A stretch of DNA of 20,574 bases from an uncultured bacterium (GTDB lineage Bacteria; Abyssobacteria; SURF-5): the NCBI GenBank assembly GCA_964510165.1, contig CAZEBC010000055.1, positions 1 through 20,574 of the forward strand. The letters run 5' to 3'. Under the pieces are notes generated by a model that saw only the letters and a list, made by a program, of their open reading frames with translations, was not told where the DNA came from and ran no database searches. The translations under genes were made by a program, and so were the position numbers. This document shows positions 1 through 8,781 of this stretch, in pieces (the first letter of the stretch is position 1; each line of letters begins with the position of its first letter).

Positions 1-1
1 A

Positions 2-985
2 ATGAAAATTCTCGTGACCGGCGGATCGGGTTATATCGGTTCGGCAGTGGTGAGGGAACTGCTTGAGGACCGCAAGAACAAAGTGAAAGTCCTGCTCAGG
101 AAGACTGACGATACGCGCAACCTCGAAGGACTCGACGTCGAGCTTGCCTACGGCGACATAACCGATTTTCACTCCGTCATGCAGGCGCTTGAAGGATGCG
201 AGCGCGTGTTTCATCTGGCCGCCATCTATGCCATCTGGCTGCCTGATCCGAGACAGATGCATTGGGTGAACGTGCAGGGCACAAAGAACGTGCTCGAGGC
301 CTGTCTCCAGAAGAGAATCAAGAAGGTCGTTTACACCAGTTCGGTCGCGGCGCTCGGCGCGCACGGAAAGATACCCGCGAACGAAACGGCTCAGTTCAAC
401 CTCTGGCACACCAGGGACCCTTACTACATCTCAAAGTTCCGGGCCGAACAGGTCGCGCTCGATTATTTCAAGCGCGGGCTTCCCGTGGTCATTGTGAACC
501 CGACGAATCCGTGCGGGCCTCGCGACATCATGCCGACGCCCAACGGGCAGCTCATCATCAGCATCATCAAGGGCAAGCTGCCGGGTTACGTTGACGGTGG
601 CATCAACGTATCGGACATTGGCGACACGGCGAAGGGGCACGTGCTCGCCATGGAAAAGGGCAAGCCGGGCGAGAAGTACGTGCTCGGCAACACGAATGTA
701 TCCGTCAAGGAATATTTCGACCTCATAGCTCATCTTGGCGGAGGCAGATCCCCTTCCATCCGCATTCCCAAGCCTGTGGCCGTTTTCTCGGGTTATCTGT
801 ATCAATTGCTCGCGGAGATAACCCGCAAGCCGCCGGTAACGACCGCGGCCTGGGTCCGCGTGGGCAGCGAGTATTCGTTCTGGGACTCGACGAAGGCGGT
901 GAAGGAACTCGGCATGCCGCAGACGTCGATTCGCGAGAGTATCCGCAGCGCTATCGACTGGTTCCGTCAGAACGGATATTTGTAG
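2..985 (+). CDS. Extended SDR / NAD-dependent epimerase-dehydratase, HpnA/dihydroflavonol-reductase-like
   Basis: N-terminal TGGSGYIG Rossmann motif, FHLAA, YTSS, catalytic YYISK (YxxxK), C-terminal KAVKELG...WF; 327 aa. Confidence 0.88.
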   Translation: MKILVTGGSGYIGSAVVRELLEDRKNKVKVLLRKTDDTRNLEGLDVELAYGDITDFHSVMQALEGCERVFHLAAIYAIWLPDPRQMHWVNVQGTKNVLEACLQKRIKKVVYTSSVAALGAHGKIPANETAQFNLWHTRDPYYISKFRAEQVALDYFKRGLPVVIVNPTNPCGPRDIMPTPNGQLIISIIKGKLPGYVDGGINVSDIGDTAKGHVLAMEKGKPGEKYVLGNTNVSVKEYFDLIAHLGGGRSPSIRIPKPVAVFSGYLYQLLAEITRKPPVTTAAWVRVGSEYSFWDSTKAVKELGMPQTSIRESIRSAIDWFRQNGYL

Positions 986-1023
986 CGGTCCCGCTTCATT
1001 CCGCAACTCCGAGGCATGTTTGC

Positions 1024-2241
1024 TTGAACAAGCCGCTCAGAATAACGCCCGCAACGATGGTCGTTCTGGGGATGGGTTATTTCGCGAGCCACTTCTTCTG
1101 GGCGTTCTCATCCGGCTCGTTTCCGCTGTTTCTGAATGATTTCACTGACTCGAAGACAAGAATCTCGCTGGTGATGAGTCTTGCCGGCGTCACGTACTGC
1201 CTGGCGCCTCCTTTTGTCGGCTTTCTCAGCGACAGGACCCGCATCCGGTTTGGCCGGCGCCGCCCCTATGTGCTGTGTGGGGTGCTTGGGGCCGTCGTGT
1301 GCCTGATGATTCTCCCCCACACGTCCACGTTCGGAATCATAGCGGTGGTTTCTGCGGTGATGTATCTCTCGATGGCGTGCGCAGAAACACCCCTGGGTTC
1401 GCTCTTGGCCGATCTCACCCCAGCCGAACAGACGAGTACCGCGAGCGGCGTGGTTCACTTTCTCGGAAGCATCGGCCTGATCGTGTTCTTCGGATTAGGT
1501 TGGAAACTATGGGATGAGCATCCCCTCGCCGTGTTCCGAACGGTTGCGTTCGTGTGCCTGGGATGCACGGCAGTCATGGTCGTGTTCATAAAGGAGCCGT
1601 CTGTCATTGCGGTTGCGACTCCTGAATGGACTGGTCCCTGGAAATACTTGAGGGCCATTTCGAAGCAAAGGCCCGCGCTCACGTTCTTTGTGGCCGAATT
1701 CTTCTGGTGGCTTGGGTTCTCCATCATTTCGTCGTTCATCACGCTCTTTGTCGTGGAGGACTTGAAAGCGGACGAAGGCGATTCGCTCCTGGCGCCGATG
1801 GCGCTCACCGTCATGGCCACCATCTTCGTGTTGCCGTTGGGAATCCTGGGCGACCGGATGGACAGGAAGCGCCTTCTTTCCTACATGGTGGCCGGCCTTG
1901 CCGTGACGGGCCTCTTGTTGGGGCTTTCGCAAAACCTGACGCACAGCATTATTATGACCGGGCTTAGCGGGATTCCGTACGCCGGCGTGGTGAGCGTTGC
2001 CTATGCGTATGCGCTGGACCTTATCCCGAAAGAACGAACGGCGGAGTTCCTGGGCATGCACATCATCAGCATCTCGGCCTCGCTGATTTTCGGGCCTCGA
2101 ATCGGCGGGATGCTGATCGACAGTTTCGGATATCGCTCCATCTTTCCCGCGGCTGCGGTCTTCACGTTTATCGGCCTCATCATTCTTCAGACCGTTCGCC
2201 TGCCGGCGGGGGAATTCAATGGAGACAAGGTTGCCCCATAA
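1024..2241 (+). CDS. MFS transporter (GPH/SLC45-like, possibly sugar)
   Basis: About 12 hydrophobic segments; MFS motif A GFLSDRTRIRFGRRRPY with a second copy GILGDRMDRKRLL; TTG start is uncertain. Confidence 0.85.
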   Translation: MNKPLRITPATMVVLGMGYFASHFFWAFSSGSFPLFLNDFTDSKTRISLVMSLAGVTYCLAPPFVGFLSDRTRIRFGRRRPYVLCGVLGAVVCLMILPHTSTFGIIAVVSAVMYLSMACAETPLGSLLADLTPAEQTSTASGVVHFLGSIGLIVFFGLGWKLWDEHPLAVFRTVAFVCLGCTAVMVVFIKEPSVIAVATPEWTGPWKYLRAISKQRPALTFFVAEFFWWLGFSIISSFITLFVVEDLKADEGDSLLAPMALTVMATIFVLPLGILGDRMDRKRLLSYMVAGLAVTGLLLGLSQNLTHSIIMTGLSGIPYAGVVSVAYAYALDLIPKERTAEFLGMHIISISASLIFGPRIGGMLIDSFGYRSIFPAAAVFTFIGLIILQTVRLPAGEFNGDKVAP

Positions 2242-2290
2242 TTCCTATAGTGTGTTTGCGTAACTTCGCGAGGGCACGGCGCGCCATCGC

Positions 2291-4663
2291 TCAAACGCGT
2301 GTCAGCTCTTGGACATCTGCCTTGCGCTTGACGACGTCTCTGTCTGCGAACCGGGGCTTGAAAAGGATGAGGAACGCCGGAAGCACGGTGACCGCGCCGA
2401 GGAAGCTCACGACCATATTCAGCGACACGAGCGCGCTCAGCCAGCGGCTTGGCGGGAAATTGGAGACCATCAACGTGAGGAAGCCCGCCGTTATAACCAG
2501 GGCGTTGAACAATATAGCGCGGCCCGACGTGGCAAGCGTCGCCTGTATCCGGTCCCTGTGCTCAGGGGCCTCTTGCGCGAGGCGCTGATATCGGGCGACA
2601 TAATGAATCGCATAGTCAACTCCAATCCCTATCCCCATCCCCGAGAGCAGAGCCGTCGTCACGCCAAGCGGGATTCCGGTGACACCCATCAAACTGAAAT
2701 TGAGGAGCGTCGCGATGACGACAGGGATGATGCAGAACAGGCCGGCCATGGCAGTCCGAAACATCAGTGACGTTATCACGAATACCATGATAATCGCGGT
2801 CAATATGCTCAGTATCTGCCCTCGAACGATGAGATCGGTGAATGTAAACGAGCTCATCACGTGGCCGGCCAGATGTGTTTTCGCGGGCAGCCCGCTGAAC
2901 ATGGTTTCCGACACCGAGCGCGCGCGGTCCAACACCTTCCTTATGACCGCCGAATGGTCGGAATTGACGCGAATCCGCACGTTCGCCTGCCTGTATTCAT
3001 AATCGACCACGTCCTCGAAATCATCGGGGTCTCCGGAGAGCGAGTAGAGGAGCAGGTACTGTGCGACAAGCTCGCGCGAATCGGGGATGCTGAGGAACTC
3101 GCGCTTGTGCTCGTTCATCACGAGGTTCATGCGCTTGATGTAGTCCGCGATCGAGAGCGTGGCGCCGACCTCGTCCATCCGCTCAAGCTCCTTCTGCATC
3201 TTTTCGATCGCGCGAAGAATCTCGGGCGACTTCATTTCGTCCGGCTGCTCGCCCTCGACAACAATGTTGAGCGTATTGGTTCCGCCAAATCTCTGGTTCA
3301 GTATCGTGTCGGCAACGAGCACCTCGCTGCCGGGGCGGAAATTCGAAAGCAGGCTGCCATTCACATAGACTTTGAGCAAGGCGGCGACCCCGATGACAAT
3401 GATCAGCGCTGTCATCGCAATGATGCGCGCCGGATGCGCCGCGATGAGCGCACCCGCTCTGGTAAGAACCGAGCCAAGTCGGTCGCGCGCCGAGTGCTCA
3501 CGCGGCTCATTCTTGTATCCAGTTCCGCGGGGACACCTGACTGGCAGCAGCACAAGCCATGCCGGGATAAACGTCAGCGAAAACCCGAGAGCGCTTGTAA
3601 CCCCGATTGCCGTGAATATGCCGAGGTATTTGATGGGCCTCATGTCGGATGTCGCAAGCGAAAGGAATCCGGCCGCCGTCGTAAGCGATGCCATGGAGAC
3701 GGGCATCCACATCTCGTGCATCGTCTTGAGTACGATGTCCCTGCGGTCCGCATCGTTCGCCGACGCGCATTCCTCATAGTAGCGGCTGATGATATGGATT
3801 CCGTACGCCAGTCCGATTGCCATCAGCAAAACCGGCAGCACCGTCGTCACCGCATAGAGCGGGATTCGGGTGAGCGCCATGACGCCCAGAGTCCACAGCA
3901 CACTCGATATGACGACCGCCAGCGGCAGGCACACGCCGCGTCCGGTGCGCAGGGTGAGATAAAGCACCACGAGCGACACGAGGGCCACGAGCGGAAGCGT
4001 CCTGCGCATGTCCTCCGCCGCGTATCTGCCGATGGTGCCCTCGATGACAGGCCTACCCGCGATGATTACCTTTATGTCGCCGCGCCCATCGAACGCGAAA
4101 TCCTCGGCGAGCATCTTCTTGATCCGGTCATAGATTTCCACCTTGTTCTGGCCTTCCTCGAGCTTGGCGAAGATGGAGGTGGCAGTCCCATCCGGCGAGA
4201 CGACATTGTTGATGAACATCTCGTTGTCGAACACGGCATGGCGCAGTTCCTGGGCGGCCTCCGGAGTCTCGGGCGCGGTCTCCATCAGGCGAACTACCTC
4301 GAGGCCCTCTTCGCTTCCCACAATGTTGTCAAGCGTCTGCAGGCTGACTACGTCCTCGCCGATGATGCCGTCCATTTCCTTGATCTTCAGGCTCAATTGC
4401 TCGACCAGCTTGAGCGTGTCAGGATTGAAGACGCCGGTCGGGCCTTCATTGATGACGCCCACGATGATCATTTTTTTCGTGCCAAAGATCTCCTCGACCT
4501 TTTTGTTGTAAATGAAGACCGGGTGATGCTCCGGCATCATCGTCTCGACATCGGTCTCGAGGCGGAGCGAGCGTATGGGAATCGAGACAAGTATGGTCGC
4601 GGTGACGACCACAAGGATCGTGAGCTTCGGGAAGGCTGTGATAAGCTTAAAGGGGCGATCCAT
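2291..4663 (-). CDS. MMPL/RND family transporter (HpnN-like, probably lipid substrate)
   Basis: 790 aa with two repeats of TM + extracytoplasmic loop + 5 TM; GIGVDYAIH, TTAAGFLSL and GRAILFNALVITAGF motifs. Confidence 0.9.
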   Translation of the reverse strand: MDRPFKLITAFPKLTILVVVTATILVSIPIRSLRLETDVETMMPEHHPVFIYNKKVEEIFGTKKMIIVGVINEGPTGVFNPDTLKLVEQLSLKIKEMDGIIGEDVVSLQTLDNIVGSEEGLEVVRLMETAPETPEAAQELRHAVFDNEMFINNVVSPDGTATSIFAKLEEGQNKVEIYDRIKKMLAEDFAFDGRGDIKVIIAGRPVIEGTIGRYAAEDMRRTLPLVALVSLVVLYLTLRTGRGVCLPLAVVISSVLWTLGVMALTRIPLYAVTTVLPVLLMAIGLAYGIHIISRYYEECASANDADRRDIVLKTMHEMWMPVSMASLTTAAGFLSLATSDMRPIKYLGIFTAIGVTSALGFSLTFIPAWLVLLPVRCPRGTGYKNEPREHSARDRLGSVLTRAGALIAAHPARIIAMTALIIVIGVAALLKVYVNGSLLSNFRPGSEVLVADTILNQRFGGTNTLNIVVEGEQPDEMKSPEILRAIEKMQKELERMDEVGATLSIADYIKRMNLVMNEHKREFLSIPDSRELVAQYLLLYSLSGDPDDFEDVVDYEYRQANVRIRVNSDHSAVIRKVLDRARSVSETMFSGLPAKTHLAGHVMSSFTFTDLIVRGQILSILTAIIMVFVITSLMFRTAMAGLFCIIPVVIATLLNFSLMGVTGIPLGVTTALLSGMGIGIGVDYAIHYVARYQRLAQEAPEHRDRIQATLATSGRAILFNALVITAGFLTLMVSNFPPSRWLSALVSLNMVVSFLGAVTVLPAFLILFKPRFADRDVVKRKADVQELTRV

Positions 4664-4745
4664 TGATCTTGGTTCAGCCGCCCGTTATCCGGAGAGATCG
4701 GAAGCGTCTGACTCATTCAAAAGGGGTGATTATGCCATTGCATAA

Positions 4746-4774
4746 ATTATAATGGGTGTAGAGAACCGTGTCAA
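4746..4774 (-). promoter_or_regulatory. Perfect-consensus sigma70 promoter for the MMPL gene
   Basis: Minus strand reads TTGACA (4774-4769), 17 nt, TATAAT (4751-4746), about 80 nt upstream of the MMPL start. Confidence 0.85.
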
Positions 4775-4813
4775 ATGAACGGGCAATCTCGTACCCGAAA
4801 GGACGGATCTTCC

Positions 4814-5587
4814 ATGAAAGTGACGATAATCGGCTCGGGTTGCGGTATTCCCAACCCGAGGCGCGCCTCTCCTTGTGTCGCAGTGAGCGCCGGAAATGAG
4901 CTTTTTGCATTTGACCTCGGGCCCGGCGCCTTGCACGCGATGGCTGCCGCTGGACTGCCATGGGACAGGCTGGAAAGGGTGTTCATCACCCATTTTCACA
5001 CTGACCATATCGGCGATATCGGGTCACTGCTCTTCGCGTTCAACATCCCCGACGTAAACCGTGCTGACCCGCTCGCGCTGTGCGGGCCGCCCGGCATTAA
5101 AAAGCTCTACAGCAATCTCGTGGCCGCCTATGGCGACTGGCTGGTCCCGAAGAGGTACGAGCTGTTTGTTGAGGAATCGTTCGGAGAGCCAATTGAGGGG
5201 GCGATGTGGCGGGTCGAGACCGCTCGCGCCGAACACAGCCAGCCCGCGTTCGCATACCGTTTCGAGGCGGACGGCGCAAGCATGGTCTATTCAGGCGACA
5301 CCGACTACAGCGACTCGCTCATAAAACTTGCCTCGGAGTGCGACCTGCTCATCCTCGAGTGCTCGTATCCGAACGAAATCGAGGTTTCCGGCCATCTGAA
5401 TCCGCGGAAGGCCGGCGAGATGGCGCTCAATTCCGGCTGCCGGAAACTCGCGCTCACGCATATATACCCTGTCTGCGACAAGTACGACATGGTCGCCGAA
5501 TGCAAACAGACATTTGATGGAGACGTAATCCTCGCGGCGGACGGCATAAGTTTTGAACTGGGGATAACCCGTCGGCCCGGAGCTTGA
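4814..5587 (+). CDS. MBL-fold metallo-hydrolase, RNase Z/BN-like
   Basis: MKVTIIGSG N-terminus (ATG 4814 preferred over 4775), FDLGPG, THFHTDH metal motif, YSGDT, LILEC, GH, LTHIY. Confidence 0.88.
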   Translation: MKVTIIGSGCGIPNPRRASPCVAVSAGNELFAFDLGPGALHAMAAAGLPWDRLERVFITHFHTDHIGDIGSLLFAFNIPDVNRADPLALCGPPGIKKLYSNLVAAYGDWLVPKRYELFVEESFGEPIEGAMWRVETARAEHSQPAFAYRFEADGASMVYSGDTDYSDSLIKLASECDLLILECSYPNEIEVSGHLNPRKAGEMALNSGCRKLALTHIYPVCDKYDMVAECKQTFDGDVILAADGISFELGITRRPGA

Positions 5588-5623
5588 AAACCGATTCGAA
5601 ATCTACTACAATTCACCTACCTG

Positions 5624-5722
5624 CCCTCACCCCAATCCTCTCCCACTGGGAGAGGGCGCCGGAATTGCAGGCTGGAAGCCAGCGCCACAACCCTCTCCCG
5701 CCGGGAGAGGGAAGGGTGAGGG
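5624..5722. repeat. Inverted pair of REP-like CCCTCACCC..CTCTCCC-N3/4-GGGAGAGGG palindromes
   Basis: 5624-5656 CCCTCACCCCAATCCTCTCCCACTGGGAGAGGG; 5691-5722 is a near reverse complement (CCCTCTCCCGCCGGGAGAGGGAAGGGTGAGGG). Confidence 0.8.
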
Positions 5723-5791
5723 AACTTTGGTTGCTGTTATGCGGCGCCGGGAAACGGTCTACTCCCCCGCATCCGGATTCTTTATATCGCT

Positions 5792-5818
5792 GTAAGGGCG
5801 GTTCGCGAACCGCCCTTA
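5792..5818. repeat. GTAG-family-like REP palindrome, copy 1
   Basis: Perfect 26-bp palindrome TAAGGGCGGTTCGCGAACCGCCCTTA (5793-5818); 24 bp identical to 8248-8271. Confidence 0.85.
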
Positions 5819-5848
5819 GTCCATTGGCAAATCCTGCAAGGAGCGCCC

Positions 5849-7393
5849 ATGTCAATTGACAGACGGTTGGACGCCCTGTTCAACCCCCGTTCTGTAGCCA
5901 TAATCGGCGCCTCAACGAATATGGCAAAATGGGGATTCAATTTCACGCTCCATTTGCTCCACGGCGGCTACAGGGGAAAATGGTATCCCATAAACCCGTC
6001 CTGCGGCGAGATACTCGGGCTGAGGTCTTACTCCAGCGTTCTCGATGTTCCGGATGAAATTGACCTTGCCTATATCCTGATCCCACCCGAGCCGGCGATA
6101 GAGGCGGTTCGCCAATGCGCGCGCAAGGGAATCCGCGCCTGTGTTGTGGTAACCGCGGGTTTTGGAGAACTCGGCGAGGAGGGCGAACGGCTCCAGCGAG
6201 CGCTGGCTGAGGCGGCGCGCGCAGGCGGCATTGCGATGGTAGGGCCTAACTGCGCCGGCGTATCCAGTCCCGAGCCGATGCGGCTTTACTGCACGATGCA
6301 ACCGAACTTCCCCCCGCCGGGTCACATAGCCGTTTTCTCACAGAGCGGCAACATCGGCGGCTCGATCCAGAGAATCTGTGAGAAGCACGACATCGGGATA
6401 AGTCGTTTTGTGAGCACCGGCAATGAAGCCCTCCTTCAAAGCGCCGATTACCTCGATTATTTCGCCGAGGATGACCAGACCAGAGTGGTCGTCGGGTATA
6501 TCGAGGGTGTCTCGGACGGCCGGCGCTTTTTTGAGGCCGCCCACCGGCTCACCCGCAAGAAGCCGCTCGTGCTCATCAAGGCTGGCCGCAGTCCGGTTGG
6601 CGCAGGCGCCGCCAAGTCGCATACCGGCGCGCTGGCGGGTTCAGATGCCGTTTTCGAAGGTCTCTGCCGACAGTGCGGGATAATCCGCGCATTCAGCATA
6701 GACGAGATGTTCGACATAGCTGCTTCTATGGCGGCCCAGCCGCTGCCGCGGGGCAATCGCGTCGGCATCGTTGCGAACGGCGGCGGCTGGGGCGTGCTCG
6801 CGGCAGACGCCTGTGTCGAGGCCGGCCTCGATGTCGTTCCCCTGCCTGAGGAGACGCTTGAGGCGCTCGACAAGCGGCTTCCCGCCTGGTGGAACCGCCG
6901 CAATCCAGTGGATTTGGTCGGCGGGATCAGCCGGGGTGCCTATTTCAAGGCGGTCGAGGCTCTCGCAAAATCGCCCGCCCTCGACGGCATCATTGCTCTC
7001 GGATTCGGGTACGCCGAGAGCGTCGCATCGGTTTTCAGAAACGCGGCAAACCTTGGCGACACCGGCCAAAGGATCGCCCAGGATATGGTGGCATCGGACA
7101 TGCGCGGCATGAATTTCATACTTGAGATCATAGCCCAGCATGGAAAGCCCGTGATAGTTGCCTCGGAAAACGCCTACGGCGCCGACCGCGACCGCAACGA
7201 AGCCATCCTCGCATTCCAGAAAAAAGGCGTGGTCGTGTATCCGTCTCCCGGCCGCGCGGCAAACGTGCTCGCCAAGATGTGGGATTATCAACGGTACCTG
7301 GCTGAGAGCGGCCAGGCGCTGTCGTCATCTCGCCCAAATCCTCATTTCCCGCCTCGGACACCGCACTCATTAGCATCGCCTGAACTGCGGTGA
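5849..7393 (+). CDS. Acyl-CoA synthetase (NDP-forming) alpha subunit / acetate-CoA ligase family
   Basis: LFNPRSVAIIGAS CoA-binding domain, GPNCAG, SQSGN, STGNEA, AAKSHTGALAG (phospho-His), NGGGWGVLAAD, NPVDL; SD AAGGAG; no ATP-grasp domain. Confidence 0.9.
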   Translation: MSIDRRLDALFNPRSVAIIGASTNMAKWGFNFTLHLLHGGYRGKWYPINPSCGEILGLRSYSSVLDVPDEIDLAYILIPPEPAIEAVRQCARKGIRACVVVTAGFGELGEEGERLQRALAEAARAGGIAMVGPNCAGVSSPEPMRLYCTMQPNFPPPGHIAVFSQSGNIGGSIQRICEKHDIGISRFVSTGNEALLQSADYLDYFAEDDQTRVVVGYIEGVSDGRRFFEAAHRLTRKKPLVLIKAGRSPVGAGAAKSHTGALAGSDAVFEGLCRQCGIIRAFSIDEMFDIAASMAAQPLPRGNRVGIVANGGGWGVLAADACVEAGLDVVPLPEETLEALDKRLPAWWNRRNPVDLVGGISRGAYFKAVEALAKSPALDGIIALGFGYAESVASVFRNAANLGDTGQRIAQDMVASDMRGMNFILEIIAQHGKPVIVASENAYGADRDRNEAILAFQKKGVVVYPSPGRAANVLAKMWDYQRYLAESGQALSSSRPNPHFPPRTPHSLASPELR

Positions 7394-7426
7394 TATGATT
7401 ATTTTGTTTAACGAAGGAAGGTCGTC

Positions 7427-8143
7427 ATGGATTCGACTCCACCCAAAGTCTCACTCACGAGGAGGCGGTTTCTGGAGACATCTGCTGCCGGGGCCTTCGC
7501 GCTGGCGGCGTCGCATATGGCATTTTCACGAGCGGAAGCAAAGGAATCGGAACCGAAAGAGGAGGTCAAGATGGCGTACGAACCGAAGGATTTCAGCAAG
7601 CTGCTCGGGATGGAAGGGTTGAGCGACACGCTGCTCAAGAACCACTTCACGCTGTATCAAGGGTATGTTACACACACGAACAAGAACCTGGAATTGCTCG
7701 AGAAGTTCTTGAAGGAGGGCAACGCCTACGCGTTCGGCGAGGTGGAGCGCAGGCTCGGCTGGGAATTTAATGGGATGCGTCTGCATGAACTCTATTTCGG
7801 AAACCTCGGAGGCAAGGGCGGCATCAAGAAGGACGGCAAACTCGCCAAGAAACTGGCCCAGGATTTCGGAAACTACGAGAACTGGGAGAAGTGTTTCAAG
7901 GCGATCGGCGCAATGCGCGGCATCGGCTGGGTCGCCCTCTACCAGGACAATACCAACGGAAAACTCATTGACTTCTGGATCAACGAACACGACGTGGGCC
8001 ATCCGTCGGGCTGCACGCCCATCCTTATCATGGATGTTTTCGAGCATGCGTACATGACCGACTACGGCCTCAAGAAGGCCGATTATATCGAGGCGTTCTT
8101 CAAGAACATCAACTGGGAGGTTGTTGAGGGCCGTCTGAAATAA
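7427..8143 (+). CDS. sod: Fe/Mn superoxide dismutase with N-terminal Tat signal; alternative internal start at 7571
   Basis: Metal ligands in KNHFTLYQGYV, RLHELYF and MDVFEHAY; GIGWV; Tat motif TRRRFL with AEA cleavage site. Confidence 0.93.
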   Translation: MDSTPPKVSLTRRRFLETSAAGAFALAASHMAFSRAEAKESEPKEEVKMAYEPKDFSKLLGMEGLSDTLLKNHFTLYQGYVTHTNKNLELLEKFLKEGNAYAFGEVERRLGWEFNGMRLHELYFGNLGGKGGIKKDGKLAKKLAQDFGNYENWEKCFKAIGAMRGIGWVALYQDNTNGKLIDFWINEHDVGHPSGCTPILIMDVFEHAYMTDYGLKKADYIEAFFKNINWEVVEGRLK

Positions 8144-8185
8144 GCGGCGATTCCCAGTTGTCTCGAAAATCTCGTGCTCTTTGGT

Positions 8186-8217
8186 TCCCCCTTTGGAAAA
8201 GGGGGCGAAGGGGACTT
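8186..8217. repeat. REP-like CCCCCTTT-N-AAAGGGGG palindrome (possible terminator role after sod)
   Basis: TCCCCCTTTGGAAAAGGGGGCGAAGGGGACTT about 40 nt downstream of the sod stop. Confidence 0.6.
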
Positions 8218-8247
8218 GTCGTCCGAAAACTGACTGTACACATCACG

Positions 8248-8271
8248 GTAAGGGCGGTTCGCGAACCGCCC
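8248..8271. repeat. GTAG-family-like REP palindrome, copy 2
   Basis: GTAAGGGCGGTTCGCGAACCGCCC identical to 5792-5815. Confidence 0.85.
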
Positions 8272-8370
8272 CAACGGTTCATCGGTCTTCGCGATTTCTC
8301 GGCTCACATGGGGACTTGGTGATTAGAAATGCCTCTCGCGGCTCCGCCGCGCTCTGCGCCTGTCCTTTTC

Positions 8371-8394
8371 AACCCGCAATCCGAAATCCACAAT
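8371..8394. repeat. Short heptamer tandem repeat (AATCCGC-like)
   Basis: AACCCGC AATCCGA AATCCAC AAT. Confidence 0.6.
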
Positions 8395-8484
8395 GGGCGT
8401 TGCCGCGAAACTTGCGTCTGCGCCACGCCGTGACATGCTTTGATAAAGGATTTAAGCCAAGACGTTTGAAGGAGTGTGGTTGTC

Positions 8485-8781
8485 ATGGCGAAGTACGACA
8501 AGGTGAGCCTTTCACATGACATGGAAAAGAGAAAGCAGGACCTTTCCTCTCTTTCGGACACCCAATTGAAAAAGGAAATATCTCACGTGCGGACGCTCCT
8601 GGACAAGAGCCTTCCCACATGTTTGCGCAGGCGGACCGAGACGATCCTGAGCTTGACCGCGCCCGGCAAGATAAAGACGGAGGTCGTGCGGTTCGATTAC
8701 GAAGCGCATTGGTATCAATTGATGCGCGATTACGAGAAACTGGTGTCCAGCGAAGCCAAGAAGAGAGGTATTGCCGCTTAG
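8485..8781 (+). CDS. Hypothetical protein, 98 aa, charged and probably helical
   Basis: SD AAGGAG (8469-8474) upstream of ATG 8485; fills an otherwise empty intergenic space; natural-looking composition; no family recognised. Confidence 0.7.
   Translation: MAKYDKVSLSHDMEKRKQDLSSLSDTQLKKEISHVRTLLDKSLPTCLRRRTETILSLTAPGKIKTEVVRFDYEAHWYQLMRDYEKLVSSEAKKRGIAA

Noticed and set aside
2861-4666. 601-aa + strand ORF
   Set aside because: Antisense shadow of the MMPL gene in GC-rich DNA; no motifs, skewed His/Arg composition
5584-5859. 91-aa and 80-aa ORFs in the intergenic region (also 8181-8519)
   Set aside because: Translations of REP-like palindromes (PLPPGEGRVR, KGGSRTA), not plausible proteins
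7385-7410. Fur box upstream of sod
   Set aside because: The AT-rich TGATATGATTATTTT matches the consensus poorly and is explained as an extended -10 element
5624-8394. CRISPR array
   Set aside because: Repeats are few, of different families and not regularly spaced; no cas genes
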